DNA from: a virus
Taxonomy: Duplodnaviria; Heunggongvirae; Uroviricota; Caudoviricetes
Strand: one strand, 5' to 3'
IMG/VR virus record: IMGVR_UViG_2872152978_000008
DNA: 34,309 nucleotides
The translations under genes and the position numbers were made by a program. Every line of letters begins with the position of its first letter. Within the stretch, counting starts at the first letter, position 1. Under the pieces are notes generated by a model, which saw only the letters and a list, made by a program, of their open reading frames with translations, was not told the origin of the DNA and ran no database searches. This document shows positions 31,236 to 34,309 of this stretch, piece after piece.

Positions 31236-31454
31236 ATGATGATTTGCCCACTGTGTGGAAGTGCCGCCCATACTCGCAGCAGTTTTCAGGTATCTTCATT
31301 GACCAAAGAGCGTTACAACCAGTGCCAGAACATTAACTGCAGCCATACTTTTGTTACCCATGAAACTTTTGTTCGTTCGATTGCAACGCCAAAAGAGTCA
31401 AATCCGGTTCAGCCGCATCCAATGAAATCAGGACAGGTGGCGCTCTCTCTTTGA
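31236..31454 (+). CDS. ogr: Ogr/Delta-family zinc-finger late-gene activator
   Basis: MMICPLCGSAAHTRSS...KERYNQCQNINCSHTF... carries the Cys4 pattern of P2 Ogr (recalled MFHCPLCQHAAHARTS...KERYHQCQNVNCSATF). Confidence 0.8.
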   Translation: MMICPLCGSAAHTRSSFQVSSLTKERYNQCQNINCSHTFVTHETFVRSIATPKESNPVQPHPMKSGQVALSL

Positions 31455-31534
31455 CGCTGCCGCCATTTTGTCGCCATCGTTAAAAAACAGTGCTTCTAAC
31501 ATCATGATTTTAAAAGGCATAAATTTCAGACAAC

Positions 31535-31577
31535 AAAAAACCCATCAACCTTGAACCGAAATGGCGGGGTTGATGGG
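31535..31577 (-). terminator. Candidate rho-independent terminator downstream of ybjL
   Basis: Perfect 10-bp stem CCCATCAACC/GGTTGATGGG with a 17-nt loop, followed on the minus strand by U6. Confidence 0.45.
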
Positions 31578-31689
31578 CTCCACAAAATGGGGACATCAAA
31601 GAAAAGCAGTGGCACTAATTAAGACTGATGCCCTGCGGAAAAGTTCTGCGGTTGTGCAAAAAAATTTCATTTTCAGGGCAACTTCAGTT

Positions 31690-33375
31690 TTATCCTAATC
31701 CTGGCCATACCATGACGATGATTGTCCCTGCCAGCGTCAGCAGGACGTTGGCGATTGCGTAGGTGCCCGCATAGCCCAGCGCAGGGATGTTACTGCGAGC
31801 TGTATCACTGATGATCTCCATTGCCGGCGCGCAGGTGCGTGCGCCCATCATTGCGCCGAACAACAGTGCGCGGTTCATTCGCAATACATAAGCACCGAAC
31901 AAGAAACAGATAACCACGGGCACAAGACTGACAATTAATCCGGCAATCAACATCTGACCGCCAATCGCGGCCAGGCCGTTATTAATACCGCTACCGGCGC
32001 TCAGACCAACGCCTGCCATAAACACCATCAAGCCGAACTCTTTCACCATGCTTAATGCACCTTGCGGAATGTAACCGAAGGTCGGGTGGTTAGCACGCAT
32101 AAAGCCCAGCATAATTCCGGCGAATAACAACCCGGCAGCGTTCCCCATGCCGAAACTGAATGTGCTGAACTGGAAGGTGATCATCCCGATCATCAGCCCA
32201 ATAACAAAGAAGGCGCAAAATGCCAGCAGGTCAGTGACCTGGCTGTGAATCGAGATAAAGCCGATGCGATCGGCAATGGTTTTTACGCGACGGGCATCAC
32301 CGCTGACTTGTAAAACGTCACCTTTGTTAAGCACGACGTTGTCATCTATCGGCATCTCAATCTGGCTACGAATGACGCGGTTAAGGAAGCAACCGTGATC
32401 GGTCAACTTCAGTTGTGCGAGACGTTTACCTACAGCGTTATGGTTTTTAACGACCACTTCTTCAGTGACGATACGCATGTCGAGAAGGTCACGATCGAAA
32501 ACTTCTTTACCGTTACGGAAGCTGGGATCGAGTCGGGCATGGGCGTCGGGATAGCCTACCAACGCTATTTCATCGCCCATTTGTAGCACGGCATCACCGT
32601 CTGGATTTGCCAGAATCCCGTTACGTCGAATACGTTCAATGTAGCAGCCGGTTTGTCGATAAATACCCAGTTCACGCAGATTTTTGCCGTCGGTCCAGGC
32701 CACCAGCTCCGGGCCGACGCGATAGGCGCGGATCACCGGTAAATAAACCTTACGGTTGGCATCAGTGTCCAGGCCACGTTCGCGGGCGATTTGCTGGGCG
32801 CTGGTCTGTAAGTCCTGATGCTGCAATTTCGGCAAGTAACGCGCACCAACAATCAAACTCACCAGACCGATTAAATAGGTTAAGGCATACCCGAGGCTCA
32901 GATTATCCAGTGCCAGTGAGAGCTGCCTGCTTTCCATGCCGGAATGACGCAGTGTATCGCCAGCACCGACCAGAACCGGTGTCGACGTCATAGAGCCTGC
33001 TAACATACCGGCCGTCAGGCCAATATCCCAGCCAAACAGCTTACCTAACCCTAAGGCGATCACCAGCGCACTGCCAACCATCACCAGTGCTAACATTAGG
33101 TAATTTTTCCCATCGCGAAAAAAAATGGAAAAAAAGTTCGGTCCGGCTTCGACCCCGACGCAGAAAATAAACAGCATAAAGCCAAGATTAAGCGCATCGG
33201 TGTTAATGCTGAAATGTTGTTGGCCTAATAACAGCGATACGACTAAAACGCCAATGGAATTACCCAGTTGGATCGAACCAAGTCGTAACTTTCCGAGACA
33301 TAGCCCAAGCGCGAGGACCACAAATAATAACAGAATGTAATTCCCATTTAACAATTCGGCGACGTTTATATTCAC
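31690..33375 (-). CDS. ybjL: Putative AAE-family transporter YbjL
   Basis: 561-aa membrane protein with two TrkA-C-like soluble domains between transmembrane halves; recognised as E. coli YbjL. Confidence 0.9.
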   Translation of the reverse strand: MNINVAELLNGNYILLLFVVLALGLCLGKLRLGSIQLGNSIGVLVVSLLLGQQHFSINTDALNLGFMLFIFCVGVEAGPNFFSIFFRDGKNYLMLALVMVGSALVIALGLGKLFGWDIGLTAGMLAGSMTSTPVLVGAGDTLRHSGMESRQLSLALDNLSLGYALTYLIGLVSLIVGARYLPKLQHQDLQTSAQQIARERGLDTDANRKVYLPVIRAYRVGPELVAWTDGKNLRELGIYRQTGCYIERIRRNGILANPDGDAVLQMGDEIALVGYPDAHARLDPSFRNGKEVFDRDLLDMRIVTEEVVVKNHNAVGKRLAQLKLTDHGCFLNRVIRSQIEMPIDDNVVLNKGDVLQVSGDARRVKTIADRIGFISIHSQVTDLLAFCAFFVIGLMIGMITFQFSTFSFGMGNAAGLLFAGIMLGFMRANHPTFGYIPQGALSMVKEFGLMVFMAGVGLSAGSGINNGLAAIGGQMLIAGLIVSLVPVVICFLFGAYVLRMNRALLFGAMMGARTCAPAMEIISDTARSNIPALGYAGTYAIANVLLTLAGTIIVMVWPGLG

Positions 33376-33644
33376 GGAGGCTAACTTCTTGTTTACTAGT
33401 AAGCTGTTGAAAGAAATGGTAATTTACGATAATGTTTTTTACCAGAATTCAGGGCGCAGATTCATTCAGCGCACCTAAACGATAGTAAAGTAACAATGTA
33501 TTTTACTAGTGTAATCACATTAGGTATCAACGGCTATATGAATTGCGTTGGCCTATATTAGCATGGAATGCGAAGCGGCTTTATCTTACTGAACGCCACA
33601 CTGGCGAAAAATGTGTTCGATAGACGCAGTGTCAGGAGGAACGA

Positions 33645-34022
33645 GTGAAACATAAACAACGTTGGGCGGGGGCAATCTGCTGTTTTGTCCTCTTCATTGT
33701 GGTGTGCCTTTTTCTGGCGACGTACATGAAAGGCGCTTTTCGGGCTGCCGGGCATCCTGAAATCGGCTTGCTGTTTTTCATTCTTCCTGGAGCAGTTGCC
33801 AGTTTCTTTTCACAGCGTAGAGAAGTCCTGAAACCTCTATTTGGCGCAATGCTGGCGGCACCCTGTTCAATGCTCATTATGCGGCTGTTTTTTTCACCGA
33901 CGCGCTCATTCTGGCAAGAGCTGGCATGGTTACTAAGCGCGGTGTTCTGGTGTGCGCTGGGGGCACTGTGTTTCTTATTTATCAGTAGTTTGTTTAAACC
34001 ACAGCACAGAAAAAATCAGTAA
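33645..34022 (+). CDS. ybjM: Inner membrane protein YbjM
   Basis: 125-aa hydrophobic protein between ybjL and grxA, as in the E. coli chromosome. Confidence 0.8.
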   Translation: MKHKQRWAGAICCFVLFIVVCLFLATYMKGAFRAAGHPEIGLLFFILPGAVASFFSQRREVLKPLFGAMLAAPCSMLIMRLFFSPTRSFWQELAWLLSAVFWCALGALCFLFISSLFKPQHRKNQ

Positions 34023-34041
34023 AGCCCTCAACGCGAGGGCT
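34023..34041. terminator. Candidate shared terminator hairpin between convergent ybjM and grxA
   Basis: AGCCCTC-AACGC-GAGGGCT stem-loop between the two stop codons, U-rich on the grxA side. Confidence 0.4.
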
Positions 34042-34051
34042 TGTCAGACGA

Positions 34052-34309
34052 TCAGGCGTCCAGATTTTCTTTCACCCATGCAGCAAAATCGGTATAGCCG
34101 CCGATATGTTGCTGATCGACAAAAATCTGCGGCACGGTTTCTACGGGTTTACCTGCCTTTTGTGGTAGATCTTCTTTAGTGATCCCTTCCGCACGAATAT
34201 CTACATACTGATACTGAAAATCATCGCGTTCATTGCTCAATTTCTCAGCCAGATCTTTTGCACGCACACAGTAAGGGCAACCCGAACGACCAAAAATAAC
34301 GGTTTGCAT
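34052..34309 (-). CDS. grxA: Glutaredoxin 1
   Basis: 85-aa protein MQTVIFGRSGCPYCVRAKDLAEKL... with CPYC active site; the start codon is the last three bases of the window. Confidence 0.9.
   Translation of the reverse strand: MQTVIFGRSGCPYCVRAKDLAEKLSNERDDFQYQYVDIRAEGITKEDLPQKAGKPVETVPQIFVDQQHIGGYTDFAAWVKENLDA

Noticed and set aside
31142-31336. 64-aa ORF overlapping the start of ogr
   Set aside because: Out of frame with and overlapping ogr, no SD; the Ogr zinc-finger frame is the conserved one.

Overview
Almost the whole window (1 to ~31,500) is a heavily decayed P2/186-family prophage lying next to the host genes ybjL, ybjM and grxA (31,690-34,309). All calls are made by eye from the supplied translations and the raw sequence; no database search or alignment was run, so family names are from recalled motifs. 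Gene order is integrase, CI-type repressor, Apl/Cox-like, cII, (dam), replication gene A, an SOS-box operon with a DinI-like gene, then Q-P-O-N-M-L-X, lysis genes, R, S, (tail genes missing), invertase, FI, FII, E, T, U, D, ogr. The prophage is broken in many independent ways: IS911 truncates cII with an adjacent deletion, an IS66-family element splits gene A with a perfect 8-bp target duplication, and two direct IS1 copies are present, the second marking a deletion of the baseplate and tail-fibre genes. There are also three in-frame TAG codons (int, Q, L) and homopolymer frameshifts in Q, FI, T and the IS66 transposase. The most interesting feature is a very AT-rich two-gene cassette (10,977-13,491) encoding an ABC/AAA15-type ATPase with an unusual ~220-aa N-terminal extension, followed by an overlapping HNH endonuclease. 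It sits between a cos-like motif and the portal gene and looks like a Septu-like anti-phage defence candidate. Secondary leads are a small Cys-rich secreted peptide between the repressor and integrase, a near-consensus LexA box upstream of a two-gene operon, and the remnant of a tail-fibre inversion switch.
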